Shown in pieces: positions 48,190 through 57,515 of a stretch of DNA of 64,000 bases (within the stretch, counting starts at the first letter, position 1; each line of letters starts with the position of its first letter). A program made the position numbers and the translations under genes. The notes under the pieces were generated by a model. The model made no database searches. It worked only from the letters and a program-made list of their open reading frames with translations, and was not told the origin of the DNA. This DNA comes from Turneriella sp. (GTDB taxonomy: Bacteria; Spirochaetota; Leptospiria; Turneriellales; Turneriellaceae), in assembly GCA_965279515.1 (NCBI GenBank), contig CBDIID010000003.1:2496001-2560000 (forward strand), written 5' to 3'.

Positions 48190-48251
48190 CGTAGGCTGCT
48201 AAACTGAGCACGGCCTGTAAAACTTTTTTGCGCGATCAAGCAAAAATACCC

Positions 48252-48944
48252 CTAACCTCTCGCCTTGAGGTGAAAAAGCGTAAATATCAAAAAGCTGATA
48301 GTCACGGTAATATAGAGAAGATAGCTCATATCAATCAAGGCGCGGAAAATGAACAGGGTGAGCGCATAGAGCCTTATGGGCGGGCGGGGCCTGAGGCATG
48401 CGGTACAGTTTCTGGCAAGCAATGAATTCTCTGCCCCACACCCGGTGCAAGTATAGTGGATACGGTTTAGCGACCCAATAACGGTCGCATAACTCTCGCT
48501 GAGAACATAAACCGGATTTAAGTTGCGTAACAGTGCCTGCACAAAAGACCGAATGGTAATCTTGTCGGGTTTCTTTTCTGCTTTTAAATACCGGAGAATA
48601 TGGATTTGCCCCGTCGTGCGGATCGGTTCTAGCTTATACGCCGGAAAGTTGTAGAAAATTTCATCTTCGTTATGAGCGATGAAATCCTGGACCATCGTGC
48701 GAAATGCTTCATCCGGGGCGGCGGTCAGGGTGTCGCCGACGACCTTCTGGACGACCGCAGGGGAATTAGCGAGCCCAGCCATGGCATAATATTTCGAGGT
48801 GCCCGAATGCAGGCGCGCCGCGTCTTCGTCTTCCCAGCCCGATGATTCGGTAATGCCCCGCCCAAAAGAAAAGGCAACGACGCCGAAAAGCGCAGAATTG
48901 AAGCGTATGGAACGAATGAAAAAGCGCGGATCAACGCCGATCAC
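48252..48944 (-). CDS. Hypothetical membrane protein with a zinc ribbon (start uncertain)
   Basis: CTGCG...CTAC; C-terminal TM. Confidence 0.55.
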   Translation of the reverse strand: MIGVDPRFFIRSIRFNSALFGVVAFSFGRGITESSGWEDEDAARLHSGTSKYYAMAGLANSPAVVQKVVGDTLTAAPDEAFRTMVQDFIAHNEDEIFYNFPAYKLEPIRTTGQIHILRYLKAEKKPDKITIRSFVQALLRNLNPVYVLSESYATVIGSLNRIHYTCTGCGAENSLLARNCTACLRPRPPIRLYALTLFIFRALIDMSYLLYITVTISFLIFTLFHLKARG

Positions 48945-49075
48945 GACGGCCCGGGCAAGAAAATCGGGGCGCGAATATTCTTCGAATGCGTAGAGTCGAA
49001 GATCATTTTGGCGCTTGATGCGTGTTAACCGCAGCAGATAAGTTCTTAGACGAAATTTTCTGAAATTTTACGTCA

Positions 49076-50893
49076 TTATTGGGCAAGCCAGAGTTTTTTA
49101 TAGGTTTTGGATTTCTTCAGAAGCTGCGCATGTTTGCCCGTCGCTTCCACCGCACCGTTGCGGAGTACGAGAATCTGGTCGGCGTGGCTGACCGTGCTCA
49201 GCCGGTGCGTAATAATGATGACAATACGGTTTTTTTTCAGCTCGCCCAGGTGCGAACGAATGCGCTGCTCGCTGATGGTATCGAGGTGGGCCGTGGCCTC
49301 GTCGAGCACCAGAATCGGCGCACGTTTCGCGAGAGCGCGGGCGAGCGTCAGGCGGTGTTTTTGGCCACCCGAAAGTTTAAAACCACGCTCGCCGATCAGG
49401 GTATCTAACCCCTGCGGCAGCTCGGCGATGAATTCACCGGCGTCTGAAGCCTTCAATATATGGCGGAGCTCCCCCTCGTCAAAATCATTGTTATCGGCGA
49501 ACAAATTCTCACGCACTGTACCGTCGAAGAGGATAGCTTCTTGCGTGACGATGGCGACCTGGCGGCGGTATTTTTCGAGATCGAATGCGGTGATGTTTTC
49601 ACCGTTCAGGGAAATCTGCCCCGTGTCGGGCTGGTAGAAGCGCATCAGCAGGTCGATGAGTGTCGTTTTGCCGATGCCGCTCTCGCCGATGATGGCATAG
49701 ATATGCGACGGCTTCATTTCAAAAGAGATGTTTTTCAGGACAGGCTGACCGGGGCGGTAAGAAAAGGACACATTCTCAAACGCCACCCGGTCGAGCTTGC
49801 GGGGTAAATCCGCCTGGCCGTTATTTTCTTCGGGAGCAAGCGCCAGCATGTCGAGCACGCGCTCGAGCGACGCGAGGGATTTCTGGATCTGCGAAAGCGA
49901 AAACACCATGCGCCAGACAGGGTAGAGCAGCATGCCGCTATACATCTGGAAAGCGACGAGGTCGCCGATCGTGGTCTCTTTTCTCAGGTAGTAGATGCCG
50001 CCGATGACCATGATGAAGAGCGAGGTTACGGGAATCAGGAAATTCCAGACGCCATCGATGCCCGACTCTTTGAGCGAGGCAAAAATGTTTTTACGAAACA
50101 TGAGCGCCTGCACGAGATTGTAGCGGCGCTTTTCGAGCGTCTGCATCTCATAGGCCTTGATGGCGCGGATGCCGGTGAAAACCTCGCTCGTGCGCGCATC
50201 TTGCGCCGAGCGGTCATTCGAGATGGAGCGGTAGATTGGCCGCACTTTCAGAATGTAAACGAGGCTGATATAGACAAGAGGGGGAATAAACCCCGCGGCG
50301 ACCAGGGCGAGCGGCAGGTGCCAGTGGATGAGAATGCCGAAGGTGATGGCGATGCGCAAAAAAGCGACGGCGGGCGAGATGATGGCCATCTGCAGAATAC
50401 CTGTGAGGTTTTCGGCGTCGCTTGTGAGGCGTGAAACAATGCCGCCGGTTTTGAGCTCATGGATACGGCCCAGGGGAATATTCATGAGATGCGTGAAGAG
50501 TTTTAGCCTGAGCGCGCGCACGAAGCGGCCGTTGACGAGCACCGTATAGAAGCGCCGCCAGAAATCCAGCCCCTGCGCGGCGATGAGTGTACCGAATAAA
50601 ACGAGACCGATCTGGATCAGGAGTTTCTGCTTCGCCGGTTCAGCGAGGCCCGGCGCCATGAGCACGCCGTCGATGATGTGCCGGGTTGTGATCGGCACCG
50701 CGAGATAGAGCAATTCGGTAACTACTGCTGCGACAAAAATCTTAATGAACGCGGAACGATAACCGCCCAACAACCCTAAATAGACGCGAAAGTTGGATTT
50801 AGGCGGCAAATCGCCCGGTTTTACCTCGGCCTTTTTTTCCGGGGTCTTGGCAAGGAACTCGTCGAAGAGCACCCGCGAGGGTGTGAGAGACAT
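49076..50893 (-). CDS. ABC exporter, fused permease/ATPase
   Basis: TMD plus GESGIGKT, LSGGQ, LVLDEAT. Confidence 0.92.
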   Translation of the reverse strand: MSLTPSRVLFDEFLAKTPEKKAEVKPGDLPPKSNFRVYLGLLGGYRSAFIKIFVAAVVTELLYLAVPITTRHIIDGVLMAPGLAEPAKQKLLIQIGLVLFGTLIAAQGLDFWRRFYTVLVNGRFVRALRLKLFTHLMNIPLGRIHELKTGGIVSRLTSDAENLTGILQMAIISPAVAFLRIAITFGILIHWHLPLALVAAGFIPPLVYISLVYILKVRPIYRSISNDRSAQDARTSEVFTGIRAIKAYEMQTLEKRRYNLVQALMFRKNIFASLKESGIDGVWNFLIPVTSLFIMVIGGIYYLRKETTIGDLVAFQMYSGMLLYPVWRMVFSLSQIQKSLASLERVLDMLALAPEENNGQADLPRKLDRVAFENVSFSYRPGQPVLKNISFEMKPSHIYAIIGESGIGKTTLIDLLMRFYQPDTGQISLNGENITAFDLEKYRRQVAIVTQEAILFDGTVRENLFADNNDFDEGELRHILKASDAGEFIAELPQGLDTLIGERGFKLSGGQKHRLTLARALAKRAPILVLDEATAHLDTISEQRIRSHLGELKKNRIVIIITHRLSTVSHADQILVLRNGAVEATGKHAQLLKKSKTYKKLWLAQ

Positions 50894-50971
50894 CTCCGTG
50901 AAATATAACCGCAGATCGCCCGGTTGACTAAATAAATGGACCGGGCGGTGTTTTTTTCCATAATGCCGGCC

Positions 50972-51847
50972 ATGGTTTCCTACGATCCCAAAGAATGGTT
51001 TTCTTACATTTTCCGCTTTCACAGGGCGGATACATTCCGCAAACTATTTCCGCTCATGATCGGCATAGCCCTCTACGCGGGGGTCATCGCCTTCCTCGAG
51101 ATTGAATACTGGAAACTTTCAGATACTGCGCATATCAAGAACGTCAGCGTCATGCACAACCTGCTCGGTGTCGTGCTTTCGATGCTCCTGGTCTTCCGCA
51201 CGAATACCGCGTATGAGCGCTGGTGGGAAGGCCGCAAGCTCTGGGGCGAGCTCGTCAACAACAGCCGCAACCTAGCCCTGAAACTTTCGTCAATGCTGCC
51301 TTCCCCCAAGGACAGGCTGTTTTTCCAGAAGGCAATCCCCATTTTTGCCGAGACGCTGAAAAATCACCTGCACCGCGACCCGCCTGAACTCGAACCGCTG
51401 CGCGAGATCGGGGTGCATGCCAAACACGGCAGCCACCTGCCCAACCTGGTCGTCAAGGCGATCAAAGGGAAAGTCAACGCACTCTACAAGGCAAGGAAGA
51501 TCAAGGGCGAACACCTCATCATTCTCGACAATGAGCTGGAGTCATTTGGCAATATCTGCGGTGCTTGCGAGCGCATCAAGAATACACCGATACCTTACTC
51601 GTACAGCGCGTTCATCAAGAAGTTTGTATTTTTTTATACGATGACGATGCCCATCGGTCATGCTTTTACACTCGGTTATTATATGATACCGATCGTGATT
51701 TTTGTGTTTTATGCGCTGGCCAGTCTCGAACTCATTGCTGAAGAGATTGAAGATCCGTTCGGTAAAGACCCCAACGACCTGCCGCTCATGCGCATTTCAT
51801 CGACTATCGCGCACAATGTCGATGAAATTTTCGACGATTCAGAATAA
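50972..51847 (+). CDS. Bestrophin-family (YneE-like) channel
   Basis: FRTNTAYERWWEGRKLWG, CERIKNTPIP, EIEDPFG.DPNDLP. Confidence 0.92.
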   Translation: MVSYDPKEWFSYIFRFHRADTFRKLFPLMIGIALYAGVIAFLEIEYWKLSDTAHIKNVSVMHNLLGVVLSMLLVFRTNTAYERWWEGRKLWGELVNNSRNLALKLSSMLPSPKDRLFFQKAIPIFAETLKNHLHRDPPELEPLREIGVHAKHGSHLPNLVVKAIKGKVNALYKARKIKGEHLIILDNELESFGNICGACERIKNTPIPYSYSAFIKKFVFFYTMTMPIGHAFTLGYYMIPIVIFVFYALASLELIAEEIEDPFGKDPNDLPLMRISSTIAHNVDEIFDDSE

Positions 51848-51853
51848 CTGCGG

Positions 51854-52486
51854 TCAGGGTAACGGAGCTTCCGTTCCGCCGTTCTTGAGTTCGTCTTCGA
51901 TAAACTTTTCGACGCGTTTGGTCGCATCGTTCGATAATGTCGTAAAAATAATCCCACAGGTGTACCGCGTCTCCATCTCGAGGTCGCGGGTACACCAGCG
52001 CACCATCGCCTGGCAAATGAAGCGCAGGGATTTTCCGGGAAAATAAACGTTCACGCTGATGAGCGTATTCTTTTGCAATGGCCGGTCTGCGATGAACTTC
52101 ATGCCCACCGAGCTCAGATCGGTGAGGATTGCATTGTGCAGCCCGGGTTCGGTCCAGACATTGTAACCGATGGGGGTATTGAGGTGAAGCCTTTTTGCCT
52201 TACGGATGGTACTTTTGAAAATTTTTGTCGGCTTCGTGATATGGATGAAGTTCCCATCCCGCGCGGGTGAAATGGCCGAATCGAAATGGAATTTGAAATT
52301 CGCCATCGTAAATTCCACACGCGCCATATCAGACTTTGGCGCGGACGCAAAATCAGGCTCCATTTTGACCTTGATGTGCTGCTCCTGGAGCTCTTCGAGT
52401 ATCCCGGGGTATTTAAGACCTTCGGGGTTATCGTCTGCGGGGATAATCTGTAAGGCAAGGCTTTGGCGTAGTATGGACATCGGCAT
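51854..52486 (-). CDS. PilZ-domain c-di-GMP receptor (YcgR-like)
   Basis: RKAKR and DLSSVG motifs. Confidence 0.85.
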   Translation of the reverse strand: MPMSILRQSLALQIIPADDNPEGLKYPGILEELQEQHIKVKMEPDFASAPKSDMARVEFTMANFKFHFDSAISPARDGNFIHITKPTKIFKSTIRKAKRLHLNTPIGYNVWTEPGLHNAILTDLSSVGMKFIADRPLQKNTLISVNVYFPGKSLRFICQAMVRWCTRDLEMETRYTCGIIFTTLSNDATKRVEKFIEDELKNGGTEAPLP

Positions 52487-52618
52487 TTCCTCCGGGCACC
52501 GACCGTACCGGGTATGTATAGGCCGTCCATCTTTTCCACTTGACCCGCTGCGGTAAAAGCCGTATTTGCAGTCAGGATTAAGACCGGGGCACCCATCCTC
52601 CGATAGTTAACTCGAAAC

Positions 52619-54763
52619 GTGGAACCTCTCAAAGAACTCTCTCATACCGTGACGGAGCTGCCGCGCGGCGGCTACCTCGTGAAAACCCCAGGCGGGTATT
52701 TCCAGTTCGGCGCCCCACCAGAAACCATCAAAGATACGATGTTCCTGCCCGAAGGCGTGCCGACAGTGTTCGTGCTGCCCAAGCAGTTCTTCAACTGGCG
52801 CAAGGGCATCAGCGTCGCCGAGTTGGAATTCCCCATATACTACAACTTCTTCCTGAAAAAGAAAAAAACCGTCCTCATCTGTAACCAGGAACAGTTCGTC
52901 CGTTTTAAGACCGTCTTCAACGAGGCTGTGTTCGGCCCGCGCGATCTCGACGTTAGCGGCGACTATATGACAGGTCTCGAAGTGCCGCAGCTCAAGCGCG
53001 AGATGAAGTTCTTCAGCAGCACGTTCAAATTCTCCGACATGGTCGGGTTCGGTCTCTTTAACGAGAAGGGCCGTTTCACCTACAACGGTGTCACCATCAG
53101 TCAGGACGCCGAAGGCAATTTCTCGGTCACGAAAGCCGGCGAGAGTATCGCGGAGATCCCCGGCAAGATCGACTTTAAAACCATCTACCAGATCGGCGAG
53201 CGTCTGCACGAACCCTTCGTGCCACCGCTGTTCGGTGTGACGTGCCTGGGCCCGAGCCATGGCTTTGACCCGCACGAGAATACATCGGGCTTTATCATTT
53301 GGCTGAACCACTGCGGTATCATGGTCGACCCACCGGTGAACACGACCGAGTGGCTTGAAGACTCGAATGTAAATCCCAAATTTATCGACAGTATCATTCT
53401 CACGCACTGCCACGCCGACCACGACGCCGGCACCTTCCAGAAAATTCTCGAAGAAGGCAAGGTGACGATCTACACCACCGACACGGTGATGGGCAGCTTT
53501 CTTAAAAAGTACTCTGCCTTCGCCGACGTCGACGAAAGTTACATGCGCCGCCTGTTTGACTTCAAACCCGTGAAGGTCGGCCAGCCGTTCTTTATCCACG
53601 GCGGGCGTTTCGACATCTTCTACACGCTGCATTCGATTCCCGCGATCGGCTTCAACCTGAAGTTCCAGGACCAGTCATTCGTCTATTCTTCTGACCACAA
53701 CAACGACCCCGAGATCCATGAGAAGCTCAAGGGGATGGAAATCATCAGCGAATCGCGCTACAACGCGCTGCGCAATTTTCCCTGGCACAGCAATGTCATT
53801 TATCACGAGTCGGGAATTGCGCCGCTGCACACCCCGATTAAATACCTCGACTCGCTGCCCGACGATGTGCGTAAGAAGACCGTTGTCTACCACATCAGCG
53901 AAAAAGACTTCCCGAAGGATTCCCTCCTCACGCTGGCGAAGTTTGGTATCGAAAACACGCTCTATTTCAACGCCACGGCGCCCGAGAACGTCAAGGCGTC
54001 ACAGATTCTGAGCACCCTCAAACAGCTCGACTTCTTCGAAGATATGCCAATCTCGCGTGCACAGGAATTCATCGACATCGTGGAAGTCGAGAAATACAAC
54101 AAGGGCGATCTCATTATCCGCCAGGGCACGGCGGGCGACCGGTTCTATATCATCTACTTCGGTTCGGTATCCGTGCGCACGCAGGATCTCCAGTCGCGGA
54201 AAATTTACGGCGCGTATGATTATTTTGGCGAAGTGGCCCTCGTCACTGACCAGCTGCGGACAGCCGACGTCGTTGCCGAAACCGAGGTCACGCTCTTTAC
54301 CGTCGAAAAAGACAAGTTCCTGAACTTCATTTCAGGTTCTGAGTTTGAGAAGATTCTGCTGCGCCTCGCGAAAGTGCGCGACGCCGAGACATGGAATGTC
54401 ATTTCACAGAGCCGTCACCTGAACTTTTTGACATCCACACAAAAGACCTGGCTTGAATCGATGCTCGTGCCGGTGGAATTCACGGAACCCGGTACGATCT
54501 ATCCCGAAAGTGCGCAACCGCAATACTTTTATATCATTCGCTCAGGCGAAGTAGCCGTGGCCGATAAGGGTGTTCACCTCGGTGACCTGACGCGCGGCGA
54601 TGTGGTCATCCACACTGACCTCTTAAAAACCGGTCGTGAAAAATTTGCCTTCACGTTCGCGAACCGCGGCCCGGCTTCACTCTATGCGGTGAGCCGCGTC
54701 GACGCGCTCAAATTCTTCGACCGCAACCCCGGTGTGAAGATGAAACTGCAGTACGAATTTTAA
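52619..54763 (+). CDS. Metallo-beta-lactamase-fold hydrolase with two cNMP-binding domains (probable cNMP phosphodiesterase)
   Basis: THCHADHD; FGEVAL...RTADV cNMP motif; second degenerate cNMP domain. Confidence 0.85.
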   Translation: MEPLKELSHTVTELPRGGYLVKTPGGYFQFGAPPETIKDTMFLPEGVPTVFVLPKQFFNWRKGISVAELEFPIYYNFFLKKKKTVLICNQEQFVRFKTVFNEAVFGPRDLDVSGDYMTGLEVPQLKREMKFFSSTFKFSDMVGFGLFNEKGRFTYNGVTISQDAEGNFSVTKAGESIAEIPGKIDFKTIYQIGERLHEPFVPPLFGVTCLGPSHGFDPHENTSGFIIWLNHCGIMVDPPVNTTEWLEDSNVNPKFIDSIILTHCHADHDAGTFQKILEEGKVTIYTTDTVMGSFLKKYSAFADVDESYMRRLFDFKPVKVGQPFFIHGGRFDIFYTLHSIPAIGFNLKFQDQSFVYSSDHNNDPEIHEKLKGMEIISESRYNALRNFPWHSNVIYHESGIAPLHTPIKYLDSLPDDVRKKTVVYHISEKDFPKDSLLTLAKFGIENTLYFNATAPENVKASQILSTLKQLDFFEDMPISRAQEFIDIVEVEKYNKGDLIIRQGTAGDRFYIIYFGSVSVRTQDLQSRKIYGAYDYFGEVALVTDQLRTADVVAETEVTLFTVEKDKFLNFISGSEFEKILLRLAKVRDAETWNVISQSRHLNFLTSTQKTWLESMLVPVEFTEPGTIYPESAQPQYFYIIRSGEVAVADKGVHLGDLTRGDVVIHTDLLKTGREKFAFTFANRGPASLYAVSRVDALKFFDRNPGVKMKLQYEF

Positions 54764-54766
54764 CGT

Positions 54767-55162
54767 TTGAGCGACACAGTTCAAAACCTCCCCTTCCACA
54801 CGACAGAGTCCGAAAAGCGCATCATCCGCGAGCTTTTGCAGGTTGCCGCGTTACGCAAAAATGCGGATGGCTTAACGGTTGCGCAAGCCGGCGATACAGC
54901 GACGGCCTATATCGCGCGCCTGAAAACGAATCTTTTTCCCCTCGAAACAGCCATCGCCGCAGAGCGCACACGCCTGTTAAAAACCTTGCAGACAGATTTT
55001 ATGCGCGCCCAGTTCGACCAGACCCTCGAGACGGCGGCGCTGACCTTCAACGCGAAAATCCGCACCAGCGCGGAATACCACCTGCTCGTCGATAAGCTGA
55101 ACGCTTTCGACTTTGAAACTTGGCTCAAGCACTGCGAAAACGAGCGCGCCGATGCTGATTGA
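54767..55162 (+). CDS. Hypothetical protein
   Basis: Fills the operon gap; overlaps the next start. Confidence 0.55.
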   Translation: MSDTVQNLPFHTTESEKRIIRELLQVAALRKNADGLTVAQAGDTATAYIARLKTNLFPLETAIAAERTRLLKTLQTDFMRAQFDQTLETAALTFNAKIRTSAEYHLLVDKLNAFDFETWLKHCENERADAD

Positions 55163-56156
55163 CACCCTTTATATCGAGCGCGCGATTGCGGAAAAACCCG
55201 AAGCGCAGAGAATACGCGCACGGGTAAAGGCCAAACGTACCGAGATCATCGAAGACTACCAGGATTTATTCTCACGCAGAAAAACACCCTATCTCGAAAA
55301 ACGTAATGCCAGAAACCTTTTCATCGCCGTAAAAAAAGGCGCGCTGGTGCGTGAAGCGCCGGCGGCATACGGCTTTGGCGCCAACGATCTGCACTATTAT
55401 TATATCCACGCGTTCAATTGTATCTTCGAATGCGAGTATTGTTACCTGCAGGGTTATTTTAGTTCCCCCGATCTTGTGCTTTTCGTGAACCACGATGAGA
55501 TTCTGCGCGACATGCGTGAAGTGGTCAAAAAAAATGCCGGCCAGCGCGTTTGGTTTCATGCGGGAGAATTCAGCGATTCCCTCGCGCTCTCGCATGTCAG
55601 CCAGGAACTTCCGCTCTACTGGGATTTTTTCCGTGAAAACCCCGGGGCATGGCTGGAGCTGCGCACCAAGGCGATCAACCTGACCGAACTGCGGCCACTG
55701 ACACCCTTGCCCAATACGATTATCAGCTTTTCGCTGTCGTCGAGTGAACAGGCGGAAATTTTCGATCGCGGCACGCCGCGCGCCCTGAAGCGCATCGAGG
55801 CCATGCAGCGCCTGAAGGAAATGGGGTTCAATCTCGCCGTGCATTTCGACCCGATCATTTTCGAGGAGAATTTCGCGGCAGCTTTTGAGTCGCTTGTCCG
55901 GGTATTGGGGCAAGAAGTCGGCTTCACGGCGCTCGAGTATATTTCACTCGGCGTCGTGCGTTTTGCGAAGGATGTCTTCCGCGAGGCAAAAGCCAATTAC
56001 CCCGATTCGGCTATGTTCGCCCGCCACTTTATTCAGGGCGAAGACAACAAGATGCGCTATATACGCCCGTTACGCCTGCAGCTGCTCGAGACGTCGAAAG
56101 AGATTCTGAAAAAGCATGGTTGCCCTGAGGAAAAAATTTATTTCTGTATGGAATGA
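55152..56156 (+). CDS. Spore-photoproduct-lyase-like radical SAM protein
   Basis: NCIFECEYCYLQG, GEFSDSL, ELRTK, HFDPII. Confidence 0.85.
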   Translation: MLIDTLYIERAIAEKPEAQRIRARVKAKRTEIIEDYQDLFSRRKTPYLEKRNARNLFIAVKKGALVREAPAAYGFGANDLHYYYIHAFNCIFECEYCYLQGYFSSPDLVLFVNHDEILRDMREVVKKNAGQRVWFHAGEFSDSLALSHVSQELPLYWDFFRENPGAWLELRTKAINLTELRPLTPLPNTIISFSLSSSEQAEIFDRGTPRALKRIEAMQRLKEMGFNLAVHFDPIIFEENFAAAFESLVRVLGQEVGFTALEYISLGVVRFAKDVFREAKANYPDSAMFARHFIQGEDNKMRYIRPLRLQLLETSKEILKKHGCPEEKIYFCME

Positions 56157-56770
56157 ATCCCCGGCGGCTCATCATCGGCATAACAGGCGCCTCGGGCGCC
56201 GAGTATGCGCTGCGTTTTCTCTGGCGGCTTTCTTCACTGGAAGGGGAAAGCGATCTCATCTTTTCACCAAATTTTTTCAAGGTGCTCGCGGCCGAAACGG
56301 GTTTTACGCCCCCATCCCCAGAGGGGGGTGGGGCGATCCTCGATCTTATCCAAACTCGATACGGATCTTTGGGAGATAGGCATACTTTTAACTTCTGCGA
56401 CTACCGCGACATCGGTGCACGCGCCGCGAGCGGTTCGGCGCGCTACGATGCGATGGCCGTCGTCCCCTGCAGCATGAAGACCGCAGCGGCGATTGCGCAT
56501 GGCCTGAGTTCGAACCTGATCGAACGCGCGGCCGATGTCTCGCTGAAAGAACGGCGGCCCCTGATTCTCTGCCCGCGCGAGACGCCGCTGAGTTCCATCC
56601 ACCTCAAAAATCTGCTGGCTCTCAGCGAAGCCGGCGCAACCATTATGCCGCTCATGCCCGGTTATTACCATAAACCGAAAAATCTCACCGACCTCTATGA
56701 TTTTATGGCGGACCGCCTGCTGACGCACCTCGGTTTCACCGAGCGGCTCATTAAACCCTGGCAGCCGTGA
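56153..56770 (+). CDS. ubiX: Flavin prenyltransferase
   Basis: GITGASG, ASGS, PCSMKT, RAADV.LKERR, RETP. Confidence 0.93.
   Translation: MNPRRLIIGITGASGAEYALRFLWRLSSLEGESDLIFSPNFFKVLAAETGFTPPSPEGGGAILDLIQTRYGSLGDRHTFNFCDYRDIGARAASGSARYDAMAVVPCSMKTAAAIAHGLSSNLIERAADVSLKERRPLILCPRETPLSSIHLKNLLALSEAGATIMPLMPGYYHKPKNLTDLYDFMADRLLTHLGFTERLIKPWQP
56307..56335. repeat. REP-like palindrome inside ubiX
   Basis: cgcccccatcccc-aga-ggggggtggggcg; shares 12 nt with the palindrome at 35322. Confidence 0.5.
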
Positions 56771-57498
56771 AGATCTTTCTCATACCCATTTTTGCCATCG
56801 CTGTCGAATACGAACTCGACGGCCCACTCGACCTGAAACAAAAATGGGGTTTCGTGCGCGAAGAAATGTTTTTCCTCCAGCATCAATGCGGCGAAGACAG
56901 GGGAAGGGCCAACGCAAAACGCATCAAAAAACTTATCGGGAAAGACTCCCCATTAAAAGCCGTTGAACCACCCATGCGATTATTGCAAGTGCGGCTCTTA
57001 CCGGGTTTTGATGCCTACCGGCGGACCTTCAAATTCTCCAAAGACCGCCACGGGCACTACGACGAAAAAATCAGCCTCATGACCAGCTACTGTGGCGCCT
57101 CGGCGGCCGTACTCGAAGAGCAGCTTATTTTGCACCGCCTCGCGGAGACGCCATTGCGCCTTTGGCAGAAAATCTTCATCGCTGAAACACTCCCCGGATC
57201 GAACCCCTTCAGCGACGCCGCGAAGGTAAAACCCAGGCCGCTGCGGTTTGTGGTACTTTCAAACCACCGCCCCGAAAAGGCCGAGCGCGCGACACTCAGG
57301 CGGCTGGCGCTTTTCCTGCAAAAAGAAAAGAAATTGGATGAATTTATCGCCGCGATCATCCGGGGGCGCGGTTTCGATGATACAGGCATGGAGATTCTCG
57401 AAACCATGTTTCCCGGGGGGCTGAAGGCCCTCGAAGAGCGCGTCACGCCCCCTGAGCCGGCGAAAAGCGCCAATAACACTTTACCGGGCCGGAAATAA
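56767..57498 (+). CDS. Hypothetical protein
   Basis: GTGA overlap with ubiX; 243-codon ORF. Confidence 0.6.
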   Translation: MKIFLIPIFAIAVEYELDGPLDLKQKWGFVREEMFFLQHQCGEDRGRANAKRIKKLIGKDSPLKAVEPPMRLLQVRLLPGFDAYRRTFKFSKDRHGHYDEKISLMTSYCGASAAVLEEQLILHRLAETPLRLWQKIFIAETLPGSNPFSDAAKVKPRPLRFVVLSNHRPEKAERATLRRLALFLQKEKKLDEFIAAIIRGRGFDDTGMEILETMFPGGLKALEERVTPPEPAKSANNTLPGRK

Positions 57499-57515
57499 TA
57501 CCAGGACACTCCGTC

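Noticed and set aside
48945..49070. Open frame upstream of the zinc-ribbon membrane protein as a fourth non-canonical start
   Set aside because: No recognisable conserved motif to show that the extension is coding.
52607..53632. 341-aa minus-strand ORF
   Set aside because: Antisense shadow of the codon-biased MBL-cNMP gene.
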